64,000 nt of DNA, taken from NCBI RefSeq assembly GCF_018977255.1, contig NW_024704743.1:74712001-74776000 (forward strand), in the 5' to 3' direction. The notes below the pieces were generated by a model, which saw only the letters and a program-made list of their open reading frames with translations, was not told the DNA's origin and made no database searches. A program made the position numbers and the translations under genes. Positions 36,382 through 49,390 of the stretch are shown piece after piece; within the stretch, counting starts at the first letter, position 1; every line of letters begins with the position of its first letter. Origin of the DNA: Callorhinchus milii (lineage: Eukaryota).

Positions 36382-36686
36382 AGGATTCTACCTGTAGAGG
36401 CTATTTGGATGTTCCGTCACCCATGCGGATGGGGGGGAGGGGTAGAGTGAAGAAATTACCTGGGATACTGTCCTTTTGGGAACTCATGCCCTGTCTGGGC
36501 AGGTGATCTTTCCACAAGCTTGTGCCAGCCTTGTACCAAGATACCATCAGCCAGGGCACAGAGTTTTTATGTGCTCAAGTAACAAACCAGTTCAGTATCG
36601 CAGGTAATTTCTTCACTCTACCCCCCCCCCCCCCCCACCACCACGGGAGATGGAACTTCCTAATTGCCTGTACAGGTAAGAATCCT
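36382..36686. repeat. Long imperfect inverted repeat (~90-bp arms, ~120-bp spacer), probable MITE
   Basis: Arm 36382-36470 is the reverse complement of 36593-36686 (e.g. ggggtagagtgaagaaattacctgggatactg / cagtatcgcaggtaatttcttcactctacccc). Confidence 0.85.
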
Positions 36687-38571
36687 CATTCAGCATGTAT
36701 TCCACCATCCCCAACACATTAACATAAAAATTAGAACAAAAAACTGCTTTTTATTCTATTTGCTACTCTTGTCGAAAAGAGAGTGGAGTTTCCTCCAGTG
36801 TCCTGGCCAACAATCTCTCAAAATTAAATTGGTCAGTCACTCCGTGCCTGTTTGTAGGATGTTGCTGCATGCAGATTAGCTGCCACATTTGTCCACAGAA
36901 TACGCAAAGCCACATCTGGTGAAGTGCTTTGAGATGCTACCCTGCAGATGTTTCCCAGCAGATTGAATTGTTGCATCGGCCAGTGAGAAAGCAGGAAAAG
37001 CACCATTTGAGAAATAATATCTACTACCTCTTTATAAATGAGCTATATAAATGCAAGTTATTGTCTCGACAACTTGAGATAAGGTACTATATCGAATGCA
37101 AGGATTATTATTTTATCTGAATTGCCTATGTAAACACTCACTGCACAATTATAGTGCTGTTTAATGTATGCTCTTCAGTCTTTTATCTTCCATTTATCTT
37201 GGGATAGGATCATTGTCTATCAGAGGAAACATGAAAGGAGCTACTTCCTTTGAAAGAACTTCGCTCAATGCAGTCCTGATAACATGATTTTTTCTGAATT
37301 CCACATTGCATCAAAGCTGTGCTGCCAGACCCATTCTCAAGAGCTTTTTCTCTCGGCCTGAAACATGCAGTATCTCATTTTTGCTCTCCTGAAAAGGTCT
37401 TGGTCCTTTTTTGTATCAGAAGCAGCTTTTTATTCTAATCTTCAGGGATAAATTTGTTTTTCTTGGCATTATATTCATTCCATATTAATCAAATTAATTA
37501 AGTTAGTATTTACTGGTTCAGAAATGCACTTTGCAGTTATTGAAGATGGCTTTAGTTCAGACAAGAACATTGATCTATATAACTGTGACTCCAATAGATA
37601 TCATGTAACAAATATTTGAAGTCGGTGACCATTTATTCAGTGTAAGATAATTTTGTATTTGGCTACAGCGTCTGAGGCAAAAGTAGAAAGTTAGGGTTGT
37701 ACTCTACTCTATGCCTCATATCTGAGGAGAAAATAAATTGTACCGTTCTACCTAGCAGTCTCCCTTTGGGTCTTAACCCAAGACTTGTGAACTTTGAGGC
37801 TTAGAGTGCCCTGGAACACAAATGCAGCTGTAGTGTCAGGTTGCTTGCAAAGCTCTCCACTACCATAAATACTAGCTTACATCTGCAGGCCACCTCATTG
37901 ACTGTATTTCATACTTGTGTAGCTGAGGCTATCATTGGAATACTGTGTGGATGTTCATGTATTGTGCCTTCAAAAGGACACTGATGTCGATTGCATTAAA
38001 AAAAGTTAGAAGGATAATTCCGGGATTGAGGTCTCTTAAGTTGTGAGGAGTAAAGAAGAGGAATATGTGAGTATTGGCTAAAATTCCTTTTGAGCACTGT
38101 GGTCCATAAGTTATAAGCAATTCAGTCCATTTTTGCCACAACTATCCTTATTTATATGGAGAATCAGCAAGCTAAGCAGATTATTACATATCTATCATTT
38201 AGTAGGATCTTCCTGATTCTTCGTTTGTGGTTTATTGCGATATGCACAGTTTCACCTTCATATCTTATTGATTTTCTGTCAACATACTTTTACCCAGGAT
38301 AGAATTGTGGGAAGAGTTGAGTGTCTCTATGGAGGCTATATTGAAGAAACACTTGTCTTTGTCTGTTTGATGTCTGTCCTACTGTAATCACAGCTATATG
38401 TAAGAGTGCTACGTCCAATGTAGATTTTAAAAGATAGTACAGATTCAAATCATTTTACTATGGAATATGTTGTATTGATATTATAATTAGATTTGATGTA
38501 ACTTGAAGTAAATAAAATATTTCTAATCAAACAGGTTACCGACATTTGTGCTTAGTGTGAAGAAGGTCATG

Positions 38572-38626
38572 ATGGCAACATCTGTTGGAGAGAGCCAGAT
38601 CCAAAGGATAATCCGAGACCTGCAAG
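38572..38626 (+). CDS. FYCO1: FYCO1 coding exon 1 (exon begins 38535)
   Basis: acag| acceptor at 38534; MATSVGESQIQRIIRDLQ, with an alternative in-frame ATG at 38569; donor G|gtaaat. Confidence 0.93.
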
Positions 38627-39257
38627 GTAAATATTACTGTAAATTTTGTAAAACAGTACATTGCCTTTTAATAACAAATAAAATTTGTTGTGAAGCTATC
38701 ATTTTTCACATACAGGACTTGAACTGTAAATCGAGTAAAAAATGAGGCACTGTGACAATGTTCAATTCCTCACACTACCTTTTAAATAGCACAGGCTTTG
38801 TTCAATGTATCTGCCGCAACAATTCTGGGGAAGATGAAAATAACTTAAATTTTAATATTTTTAACATTACAGATCTATCATGCGTCAATCTCTAATGGGA
38901 TTCTTTCATAAGGAAACCAGAAATATGTTGCAGGGACTCGTATGAACTATGCTCCATTGTAATTTTTTCCAGAGAATAGTTCCCACTAGTAACTGTGTTA
39001 TTCTTGATCCAACACTTCCATTTACCAAATAGAATCCCCACTTGATTTCCTTATTAAGCAGCTCCCTTAGAAATCACTGCATATGAGACACCATTGTTTT
39101 CAAGAATATGAAATGGCTCTTGAAAAGAGATAATTAACTCAAGTAGATTGTAATATTAGAACAATCGTAATGTTAGAACAAGTGGTATGAGTGCAACCTG
39201 GAGATTTATATTTTTTAATGTATGTATTTTAAATTCTAAAATATGTTACTTTTTAAG

Positions 39258-39364
39258 AGGCAATTTCTGAGCTAAATCGAGAACACAAGGAAACTGGTGA
39301 ACCTGTTACAGATGACAGCACCAATCTCCACAATTTCTCCTTAAAGTTAGAATATCTACTTCAG
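39258..39364 (+). CDS. FYCO1: FYCO1 coding exon 2
   Basis: ttttaag|, [36 protein letters not shown], |gtaaga. Confidence 0.93.
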
Positions 39365-40074
39365 GTAAGATAATGCAGGAAATTGATTCATGATTTGCTT
39401 TGCAGTCAGTTGTCTTGGACACGATGGGCCGAATGGCCTTGGCCTGTGCTTTAATTTCTATGGTTCTGTGGAGAAACTTGCATTAATATCATCACAATTG
39501 TTGGCTTATTTTGAACATATGTGAAATTTACCCCACAAAAAGTATGGCTGGCACAAAAATTGATCCCAATTTGGAATAAAAATAATCCATAATATTAATA
39601 ATATTCTTTTTGGGGAAAAAAAACTGATCATTCAGTGAGAATTCCCTAGAAGTGGAGGCTATCTTCCATAACCCACTCTTTATCGTGTCAACTCAGACCT
39701 CAATTTGAAGACTGCCTTACAATCATTCCTGTTTCATAGAATCATAGCTATTTACAGCACAAATGAAGTCATTTGGCATGTTGTGTCTGGCGGTGCTGGC
39801 TCTTCCATTGGAGTTGTTACTGACTGGGATTTACTCACACATTGCATCAGCATGAAGCTAACTGTTTATCTAACAATGTACATGGTAGGGTCAGAGAGAC
39901 ACAGAAGGGATAGAGAAAAACAGAAAAAAGAATGATAAACAGAAATAGTACGTTAGACGGACTCAGAAAAAGAGAGAATTAGCAACACAGGTAGACAACA
40001 ACTTGCATTTAAATAGCGTCCTTCACGCTGGACGGTGTCTTGGAGTGTGCGGAGACAAGGCCATAAAGAACGTG

Positions 40075-40800
40075 AATAGAGTTCATGTCCAGAGGAATAG
40101 AGTACGAAAGTAGGGAAGTGATGTTAATTTTTTTTATAAAATCTTGGTTCAACCAGATTTGTGGAACTGTGTGCTGTCCTGGCCTTTATTTCAGGAAGGA
40201 TACTGTAGCATTGGTGAGAATGCAGCGTAGATTTACAGGTATGTTACCAGGGACGAGTGGATACAGTTATCAAGCAAAATTGTACAGGTTGGAGCTTTTC
40301 TCTCTGGATATGAGACAATAGAGACTAGATTTGACAGAGGTGTTTAAGATTCAATAAGGTGGCCATTAATGGGCTATTTTCACTTATTGGAGTCTAAAAT
40401 GAGTCAGCATAAATATAATATAGCCAATAGCAGATCTAAAAGGGAATTTAGGAGTAACTTCTTTATGAAATGAGCAAAGTAACATGGGAAAAGGACTAGA
40501 CCATTAAGCCCCTCGTGGATCATGGCTGATCTGTACCTCAGCTCCATTTACTCACCTTTGCTCCATACGCCTTGATACCTTTACCTAACAAAAATCTATC
40601 GACCTTAGTCTTGAAAATTTGAATATGGAACTCACTGCCAGAAGCTGTGGTTGAACCGAAGAGCATCAGTGTGTTGGGAAACAATGCATACAGGAGGGAG
40701 AAGGGAACAGAATTGGAGATGGGATAAGGAGGGCTGGAGGTTCATGTGTAGCATACACGTGTAGTACAGACCAGTTGGGCCAAATGGCCTGTTTCCATTT
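40075..40800 (+). mobile_element. Degenerate CR1 fragment (others at ~1690-1990 -, 2980-3600 -, 15100-15400 -, 26050-26560 -, 28944-29350 -)
   Basis: SRGIEYESREVML, MQRRFTGMLPG and LELFSL are CR1 RT C-terminal remnants. Confidence 0.75.
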
Positions 40801-42048
40801 CAATCTAATTTTATTAAGTAGGAAGAAGGATAGATACTCAATGAGAAAGAATCACTCAGAGAGAGATGGAGAGAGAAAGAATGTTAATGAGAGAATAGGA
40901 GAGAGTGAGAAGATGGCAGAATGTTGTACAGTGGAGCCCTGGTATAACTCAGTAGTTGAGGTCCATAAATTCCCAACCAATTCCAATGTTTTATAATTGG
41001 GAATGATTATCAGTCAGCGTTTCTGCCGTCAATAACAACAACAACTTGCAATTATACAGCGCCCCTCTTGCAGGGTAGCATCTCAGAGCGGTTGACAGTG
41101 GTGGAGACTGACACTGAGCTAGGGGGTGGGTAGGAGGGTGACTGTATGCACGGTTGAAGATCTTCAGGCACGACCTGAACATGGGGAAGGAGGGGGCAAG
41201 GCGGAGAGATTGAGGGAGAGTGTTCCAGAGTTTGCAGCACTTCGCTTGCGGTAGAAAGCTGTTTCACTTTGCAACAATGACTAATGCTTCACATACTGTA
41301 AATTGACCGACTTTCAGATCATCAAATTACCCTGACACCAAAGTTGCTTCCTGGCAGTGAATGGAAAGAAACTTTGGTTGTACCCTAATAACCCAGAAGT
41401 TGGACACAGTGCACAAACGTCTAGCAAGAGGCTTCTGCTCTCATTTTGGATAAATAAATGTTACACCCCAATCATACTATAAGAAAGCCTGCAAAATAAT
41501 GTTGTGATAACTGTGTTCTTCTGTGCTACAACAGCAACTTGTATTTGTATAGCACCCTTGATGTAGAATAATGTTTCAGCTCGTCAGAAGGCTGAGACCC
41601 CAAGCAAGAAGGAAGTGACTGTAAGTGCAGTTGAAGAGTTTTTTTTAGGCAGTGAATAGAGAGGGGGGTAGGGCAAATGAAAACCCAGAAATAGGTGGTA
41701 TAATGGCTGAAAGCTCAGTCACTGATGGTGGAGTGGAAAGGGCAGGACGAGCAGCAGGCCAGATTTACCCGAACAGAGGGACCGAACAGAAGAGTGTAGT
41801 CAAAATTCACGGAGATAGGGAGCTGCTAGGGCTTAAGGAGATTTGAGGGTGATGACCTTGAAGTCAATTTGTTTTTTGGCAGTGGAGCTTGTCAAGGGTT
41901 AGGGTGATAGCCGTGTAGAGTTTTGTGTGGGTGAAGATGTATGGTGGAACTTGGGAGTCCGGTGAGAAGTGCATTGGAAAAGTTTAATTGAGAGGTAATA
42001 AAGGCATGAATTTATATGTAACATATAAATATATATAAAACAAATGAT

Positions 42049-42359
42049 ATAATAATAATAATCCTTGCATTTGGTATAGCGCTTTTCACGTCGGGAGGAC
42101 GTCCCAAAGCGCTTCACAGAACACTCTGTAAAGTGAATTGACTGTATATTTGTGGGCGAACGCGGCAGCCAATTGCGCACAACAATGTCCCACAGACAGT
42201 CGTAGATTGAAAATGACCAATTTATTATTGTTTTTGGAGGGATTATTATTAGGCTCTGTGTGGAGTAAGGAAACTTGCCCAAGGTTTCGCTCTGCCTGGA
42301 ATTGAACTCAGGTCTCTCGCTTGCAAAGCGAATGCTCTAACCACTGAGCTACAGGACTC
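42049..42359 (-). mobile_element. tRNA-Ala SINE, young short form
   Basis: Full-length reverse copy in a FYCO1 intron. Confidence 0.9.
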
Positions 42360-42465
42360 TACAGGATATAAATCATGATTGAACAATATTATAATATTTT
42401 GCATGGTCCTTCAATTATCTGCACTGTTTCCTTATTCACAATGGGGTTGATTTTTGTTTTTGAAG

Positions 42466-42591
42466 TTTGACCAAAAGGAAAAAACAAGCTTTCTCGGAAA
42501 CCGGAGAGACTACTGGGACTACTTCTGCAATTGTCTGACTAAACTGAAAGGAGCTAATGATGGAATTCGCTTTGTCAAATCTATCCCTGAG
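42466..42591 (+). CDS. FYCO1: FYCO1 coding exon 3 (RUN)
   Basis: [42 protein letters not shown], bounded by ag/gtaagg. Confidence 0.94.
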
Positions 42592-44077
42592 GTAAGGCGC
42601 TGAGGTTCTCTAGAATTGCATTGGAGTGTCGTGTACACTTTTTTTCACAAATAAGCACCTGGTTGGAGCAACATTTTGAGGTTGTAATCTAATCTCTGGG
42701 TTTAGGTGATCGTGGTAATGAACTGGGTGTTGCTCTAGCATCTGTGGTCCAGTGAAACATTTGATTAGATCATTGGTTGCCTATCGCTCGTGTGCATCTG
42801 TATCCGTTATTGTCTGTATAAACCTGTTATTTTTCGTAAACCCAATTATGAATGAATAAAAAGAAATAGTTCTGAGAACTGTGAAATAATTACATTTTAA
42901 GGTGATCATGTGATATGACCAATGCTTGATTTATTTGAATAAATATCAACCCAATAACCTTGTAACAATTTTAAACATCTTTCCTACCTGTCTAACCTCT
43001 GACAAAAGATTGCTTTGATAAACCTATCTCTAAATCTAATAACTGATTTCATTTGACAGGTAGTTGTCTAGTTGCTTTTTGAAATTCATTCTAGTTTAAA
43101 GGCCTTATAAAGAGAATTTAACAGGCTATGCATATGGGCTGATATTTGATAAATGAGGTTTAATACAAATAAATAGAAGGTACATATAGGAAGTAAGAAT
43201 AGAAAACGCAAATACTGGATGGATAAGATGGAAGTTGCTAATTAGTTAACTTATGACTGGAATAGATTGCCAATCGACAGGTTGGATCAGGACATCGGAT
43301 TTGTCTGAAAAACAACTTGATGCTGTGATGGGGGGGAGTACAGGTATTCTGGAAGTTGAGATCAAATGGGTTGAAGGGCAGATGGTTCTTCAACTGAATT
43401 AAACTTGTGATCTTGTTGCATCAGCCTTAAAAAAAAGTGTCAAAACAATACCTGAAAACATTAAATTGGAAGATATTCAAAATCCATGGATTATTGACAA
43501 TGGCCTCTCCAATGTCTGAAGATTAGTAACTCACTGGATCAGGAAGGGTGATATGGTTCAATTCCCCTCTCTTCTCAAGAACTGTTAGTAATTTTGTATC
43601 CACAAAATACTGGTTATTTATGGTGAAAATCAATAGTAAAAGGTATCAGTGGCCCTTACCCATTCTGCAGATTGATTTGCGAGAGCCTATGCTTTCTGAT
43701 TGGAAGGGAAAATGAGAATGATAACTGTTTCTTAGCTGTCAGGCTTCATTGTTAATAATAAGCTGATAGCATGACTGGCTCTAGTTTATAGTGTGTGATA
43801 AGATGAAAATCAGTCCCTTAAAATATTGAAGAAATTTTTTTTGCATTCTTTGTATTTATGCTGCAGTGAATCAGTTTCTCAGCAAAAAAACACTTCCTCG
43901 GTGTAGTGTTAGCTGATGGACTGTGTGTTTCAAATTGTTCCACAATCGCATGGCTGAAATATACCCGGAAAGTACTCAATGAACTAGACTATAATGCACT
44001 GCTTGATTATTCATCATGGGGAAAATTTTACCTTGAATTCTGTATGCTTGAATTAAAATGAACATTTTCTTGTTAAG

Positions 44078-44184
44078 CTGAAAACCTCACTTGGAAAAGG
44101 CCGGGCATTTATTCGCTATTCCTTGGTCCACCAGCGACTGGCTGATACCTTACAACAATGTTTAATGAATGTAAAGGTTACAAG
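44078..44184 (+). CDS. FYCO1: FYCO1 coding exon 4 (RUN)
   Basis: [35 protein letters not shown], bounded by ag/gtgaga. Confidence 0.94.
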
Positions 44185-44587
44185 GTGAGAGTGGATATTA
44201 GAACTGTTCCCAATCAGTATAATAGTCTTTCAAAAGATTGAATTATTAATAGTTTTGAGAATACTTGTAACATAATTAAACAGCAAATTGATGTTATGAC
44301 CTACCTTTGGATTTTAAAATGTCCCCCAATCAAAGGTTCCTTCCAACTATTGCATATTGATTTCTCTGAAGTGTTGTTGACAGGTGGTAGTGACCTATAG
44401 AATCAGATCACAGTAATACAGAGAACTCTGCGACGGTTACATTTGTAAATTGTAACTCTTGTAACATGAATTTATATATCATTATTTCTTTGCAAAATGG
44501 ACAGTATCTCCATCATAACGTTTTATTATGTGAACACTTTATTTGTCCTGTGTTTCATTGAATGATTTTCTCTTCTTTAATAAATAG

Positions 44588-44731
44588 TGATTGGTACTAT
44601 GTACGAAGCCCATTGCTGAAACCCCATCTCAGTTCTGATATCATCAATCACCTGTATGAACTAAACGAAGTTCAACTTGACTTGGCTTCCAGAGGGCATG
44701 ACTTGGATGCTGCTTGGCCAACATTTGCACG
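44588..44731 (+). CDS. FYCO1: FYCO1 coding exon 5 (RUN)
   Basis: [49 protein letters not shown], bounded by ag/gtaaca. Confidence 0.94.
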
Positions 44732-45009
44732 GTAACATTGATAAATGGTTTACTTTGAATAGAACAATTATTAATAATAATTGTTGAATTTGATATAATG
44801 CCATTTCATGTTGTCAAGAAGTCTCAAAACTCTGATTTACTGTAAAGTGTGTGTATTTGTGGATGAATGGAGCAGCCAATCTGGGTACGGCAATGTCCTG
44901 CAAACAGCCATGAAATAAATGACCAATTTTATCTGGGGGATTGTTGGCCAGGATACTGTGCGAAACTCATTTCTCTTTTCAAATAATAACAATAGTAACG
45001 ATAATGTTT

Positions 45010-45370
45010 GGACTCCTGTTGCGTCGTGATTAGCGCGTTTGCCTTGTAAGATAGAGGAACTGGGTGGAGAAAAACCTTAGGCATGTTTCCTTATTCCACA
45101 TGCCTCTGTTTACCTAGCAGTAAGTAGGAACCCTGTTATTAGTCGATTGGCGGATCGCTTTCTGGGGATGATAACCCCTCCAAAAAAAAATGGTCATTCA
45201 ATCCACGATTGTTTATGGGAGACTGCTGTGAGCAATTGGCTGCTGCATTTCGCCCACATAATACAGTGAATCCACTTTATAATATATTCTGTGAAGCGTT
45301 TTGAAACATCTCAACAATGTAATAAGGCACTATATCAAATGCAAGGATTATTAATATTTATTATTATTAT
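45010..45370 (+). mobile_element. tRNA SINE, older long form retaining the full CORE-like segment (also 4826-5148 - and 32441-32695 -)
   Basis: Contains ccttaggcatgtttccttattccacatgcctctgtttacctagcagtaagtagg plus further sequence absent from the young copies. Confidence 0.8.
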
Positions 45371-46949
45371 ATCCAGGCAAGTGGGTAGATAGAGCCTCAG
45401 TTTGACTCATCTGAGGGATGGCATCCCTGACAACGTAGCAATCGCCCACCACTATGTCAGCCTAAAACTATAAGTTAAAAGTCCCGATATGGGGCTTGAA
45501 CCCATAGTCACCTGACTCTAAGAGATATGAATACTAACAACTAAGCCAACCCGACACCTTAAATTGAATTCCTCAGAGATGAGACATTGTAGTGACCTAC
45601 GTGATGGATGCTGACAATGATTTTCAGTCCATCTTAGTGCCCATTGTGAAAGTGTTCGCAGTTTGAGGAATTTCTCACCATTGTAAGGTTCTGGGGATAA
45701 ACCGTTGGGTTTCTCCAAACAAGAAAGAGGAAACACATTTTGCAGATAATTTTAGCAATGGAAGAGATAAATAAGCAATATCAGTTGAGGTTAGAGGAGC
45801 TAGAGCCCAGAACATTTGGAGATAATTTTAACAATAGAAGCTATAAATAGCAATTTCAGTTGAGGATAAGGAGATCGAGAGGACAAACATGATATCATTC
45901 GAAGAAGCAACTAAGAGAGCTGTCAAAGGTAAGAGTTGGTAGATGCTGATTGGACTTTGGAGCTTCATGAAGCAATTTTATCAAGGGTAGCTATTTCACC
46001 ACAAATGAAGATTATGTCAGGGGTATTACAGAATATTGATGTTGTTCCTTAAATAATACCCGTACCTCATACTTCGTGTAAGTCATATTAAATGTGGTCC
46101 AGACTGATATGACTTATGTGAGTTTTACTAAATCTACTTATCTAAGAACTTGCCAAACTCTGAATGTGAAATGCTAGATAAATAGAGTACAATACAATTT
46201 ACACTTGCACAACGCCTTTCACACTGGGGCCTCGTTCTTAAGCACTGGACAATTCTGGATGCGTGGCGGAGCCGGGAGTTGGGGGCAAAGAGAGGAAAGA
46301 TGACACAAAAGCATGCTCAACAGAAATGCAGGTTGAAGAAACCTTGAAAGGGGGGAAGAAGAGAGCAAGATTAGAGTAAATTAGATCCAAGTGAAGTTCA
46401 GTTGTCTTGTCAGTTATTGCCGCTGTTCCAGTTGAGATCAGCTAACCTGTCAGACCCAGGAATTGAGTCTATTACCTCTGGTCCTATGCTGCGATCTGCC
46501 AGGTGATCACAAGGTTTGCTTTGGATGAGGACTGTCCTTTGGCCCATTTGATCTTAGCCTTCCAGGCACCCACTCAACCTTCTTACCATCACAACATGAA
46601 GCTGCTTTTTAAATGAGTCCAGTATCCTGGCCTCAATCATCCTTCCTGTTAACTTGTTCCACTCAGGGAAGCTCATTGATACTGTTGTAAACAAACATCC
46701 TTATTTCAATTTGCCATTGCTGCAGCATATTAACCCCCTGAAACACCATTAGGCATACGCTCATTCACTGCCCCAGCTTCCTAGGTTAGACCTGAAAACT
46801 ATGTCAAAGATTGTTCAGTTTTTGGCTGATCGGCTGTTCTGTGCTAATGAAAAATATTTTTAAAAAATAAAGGAAGAGGAAACGTCCGTCTTCAAAATGA
46901 ATGGTGGGACCTGGAAGAAAAAGAGGGAAGCAATCTGTTTTAAATTTAC

Positions 46950-48050
46950 AATAACAACAACTTGCATTTATACCACCCCTCACACAGGGTAGCTTGACAG
47001 TGGCCGATCACGACACCGAGCCGGGGGAGGATGTCCGTGTAGTCACGGTCGAAGAGGAAGGTCTTCAGACGCGACCTGAAGATGGAGAAGGAAGGGGCAA
47101 CATATAGGCGTAGAGGAAGAGTGTTCCAGAGTTTTGGGGTGTAGTGGCTGAATGCGCACTGCCGATGGTGGAACGAGGGACATGCAGGAGGGCGGAGCCA
47201 GTCAAGCGGAGGCAGCGTGTAGTGGGTTGCAGAGTAAGCAGGTTGGAGAGGTAGGGAGGTACCACGGTATGAAGGGATTTGAAAACAAGTGTAAGAATCT
47301 TGAAATTGATCTGTTCAAAGCTAGGAAGCCTGTGGAGCCTGGCTAGATCTGGTGTGAAGGGGTACAGAGTTTACTGCAGATGAGTATGCTGGCAGCGGAG
47401 TTTTGGATCAGCTGAATTTTGTGGATGGTGGAGATGTGGAGACCGGCAAAGAGGGCATTTGAATAGTTGAGGTGGGAGGTGACGAATGCATTAACGAGTG
47501 TTTTGACTAGGTCTGGAGTAAGGTACGGTCAAAGACAGGCAATGTAGTGGAGTTGGAGAAAGGGAGTCCTGTTCAGGGACCGCTGTACGTCGAACCTGAC
47601 GCCTAGGTTCGCACCGGTTTGGTGAACCTGTGGGATCGGCCGGGGAGGTTGAAGTGGTCAGAACCGTGAGACAGAAGGCATTGACAGGAGCCAAGGAGTA
47701 AGGCTTTTGTCTTGTCCACATTGAGTTGAAAGAAATTTGCGCTCATCCACACCCTGATATCCTCCAAACAACCCAATAGAACATCAGCAGACCTGGAGTC
47801 GTAGCTGGAGGAGAAGTAGATTTGTGTGTTATCCGCATACACATGCACGGACGTTTATCTCGTGACTGCAGGTTGAAATCACCAAGAGGGAGCATATAGA
47901 TGAGGAAGAGGAGGGGGCTGAGGATGGAGCCCTGGTGTATGTCACAGTTAACCGGGTGGTGGTGGGAGGAGAAACAGTTTGAAGAGACAAAGTGAAGACG
48001 GTTTGTTAGATAGGACTCGAACCAGGCGGGCCCAGTAAGGTGGATGAAGG
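46950..48050 (-). mobile_element. Degenerate L2 fragment
   Basis: [19 protein letters not shown] and FFQLNVDKTKALL on the - strand. Confidence 0.82.
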
Positions 48051-48376
48051 TGGCGTGGTACAATGCGGCAGAGACTCCAGGAAAATGAGGAAGGAGAGAG
48101 TGAGCATTCCATTCCAACAATCTATCGCTGGAATTTCCATGTATAGGTGGGATGCATGTGTCCAACACCCAGCTGATCAAAAAAAATATATATATAAACT
48201 GTATTTGTATTGCTTTCAAAGTTGCAGTGCTTGAGCTGAAAACAGAGAATTACCCAAACAGGAGGCCAACTATAGGTCAAAGGCAATTTCTATATTGAAA
48301 CAAGGCAAGTTGTCTGAGGATTTTTACATTTGCGATCAACTAATAACTTTAGGACTATTTCATTTATTTTGAACAG

Positions 48377-48470
48377 GAGATCTTTTGGCTTGCCTCATTC
48401 TCCATCACATCTTTGGAAACCGCCGAGTAGATGTTCCAGTATAAGTAGTTTGATTAGCAACTATTCACAG
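48377..48470 (+). CDS. FYCO1: FYCO1 coding exon 6
   Basis: RSFGLPHSPSHLWKPPSRCSSISSLISNYSQ, bounded by acag/gtaagt. Confidence 0.92.
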
Positions 48471-49390
48471 GTAAGTAGCAGTAAACTGGCATGTATATTT
48501 TGTCGAATATATTGGTTATTAAACCCCTTTCCACTCTTTTCCTCTCACATACTAATCTAAGCTCTTTCTCTCTTCTGTTCTGCTTCCTTCTCAGATGTTC
48601 TTTTTCGACTGAATTTTTCTCTTGTTCTTCTTGGTTTAGCTTTGTTTCTTGCTTATCTCTTCTCTACTCCAGGCTCTTCTGCTTCTTTTGTTTTTCCCAA
48701 ATTGCAAAAGACTTCAAAGTACATATCATACTGTTCAGTTAGAGAACAATATATACTTTCTTCAAATAGAACGCTGTTCCCAGTGCGTCATCCCAGTGTT
48801 TGTATTGTAATGTTTTGGGACAATGCATCCAAACAAACCTCAGTATGTACCGTATCTTAAGAGCTAAAGTACAGAACGCCAAATTTCATCCCAAACGAGA
48901 AGAGTTTTTATTAATCTGAAGGCTTGTTAACGTTGTATTCTCATGACTATAATGTCCAGTGATTTTGTGAAAGCGTGGTAGTTTTGTTTCTTCATGTTAC
49001 ACATCCACTCCACAGTGATCAGATTCCAAGCACAAATACATTCAGAGATAACAAGGAGAATGCCTTGGTATAGGGATATTTTTTTTCCCCCATGTAGAAC
49101 AATATCCAGGTCTCTCCAAACTGAAGCTCTTTTAATAACTTTTGGATTCTTTCCTCCACAACATTAGAAAATCCTTAGGATTAGTAAAGGGTACCTCTGT
49201 ATGCAATCTGCATTTTGTTTAGCATCAGCAGAATTCAAGATTTGTTGTCCTTTGCAATTCCAGGTTGTGCCTCTAAAATAAATGCCACATATCCAACGGC
49301 AACTACCTGACTTAGGCTCCAATGCAGAAGTCTAAATTTGATTGATATCAAGAAGTTTTAACATCTAACATGTTGTTTGCATCTGTATAG

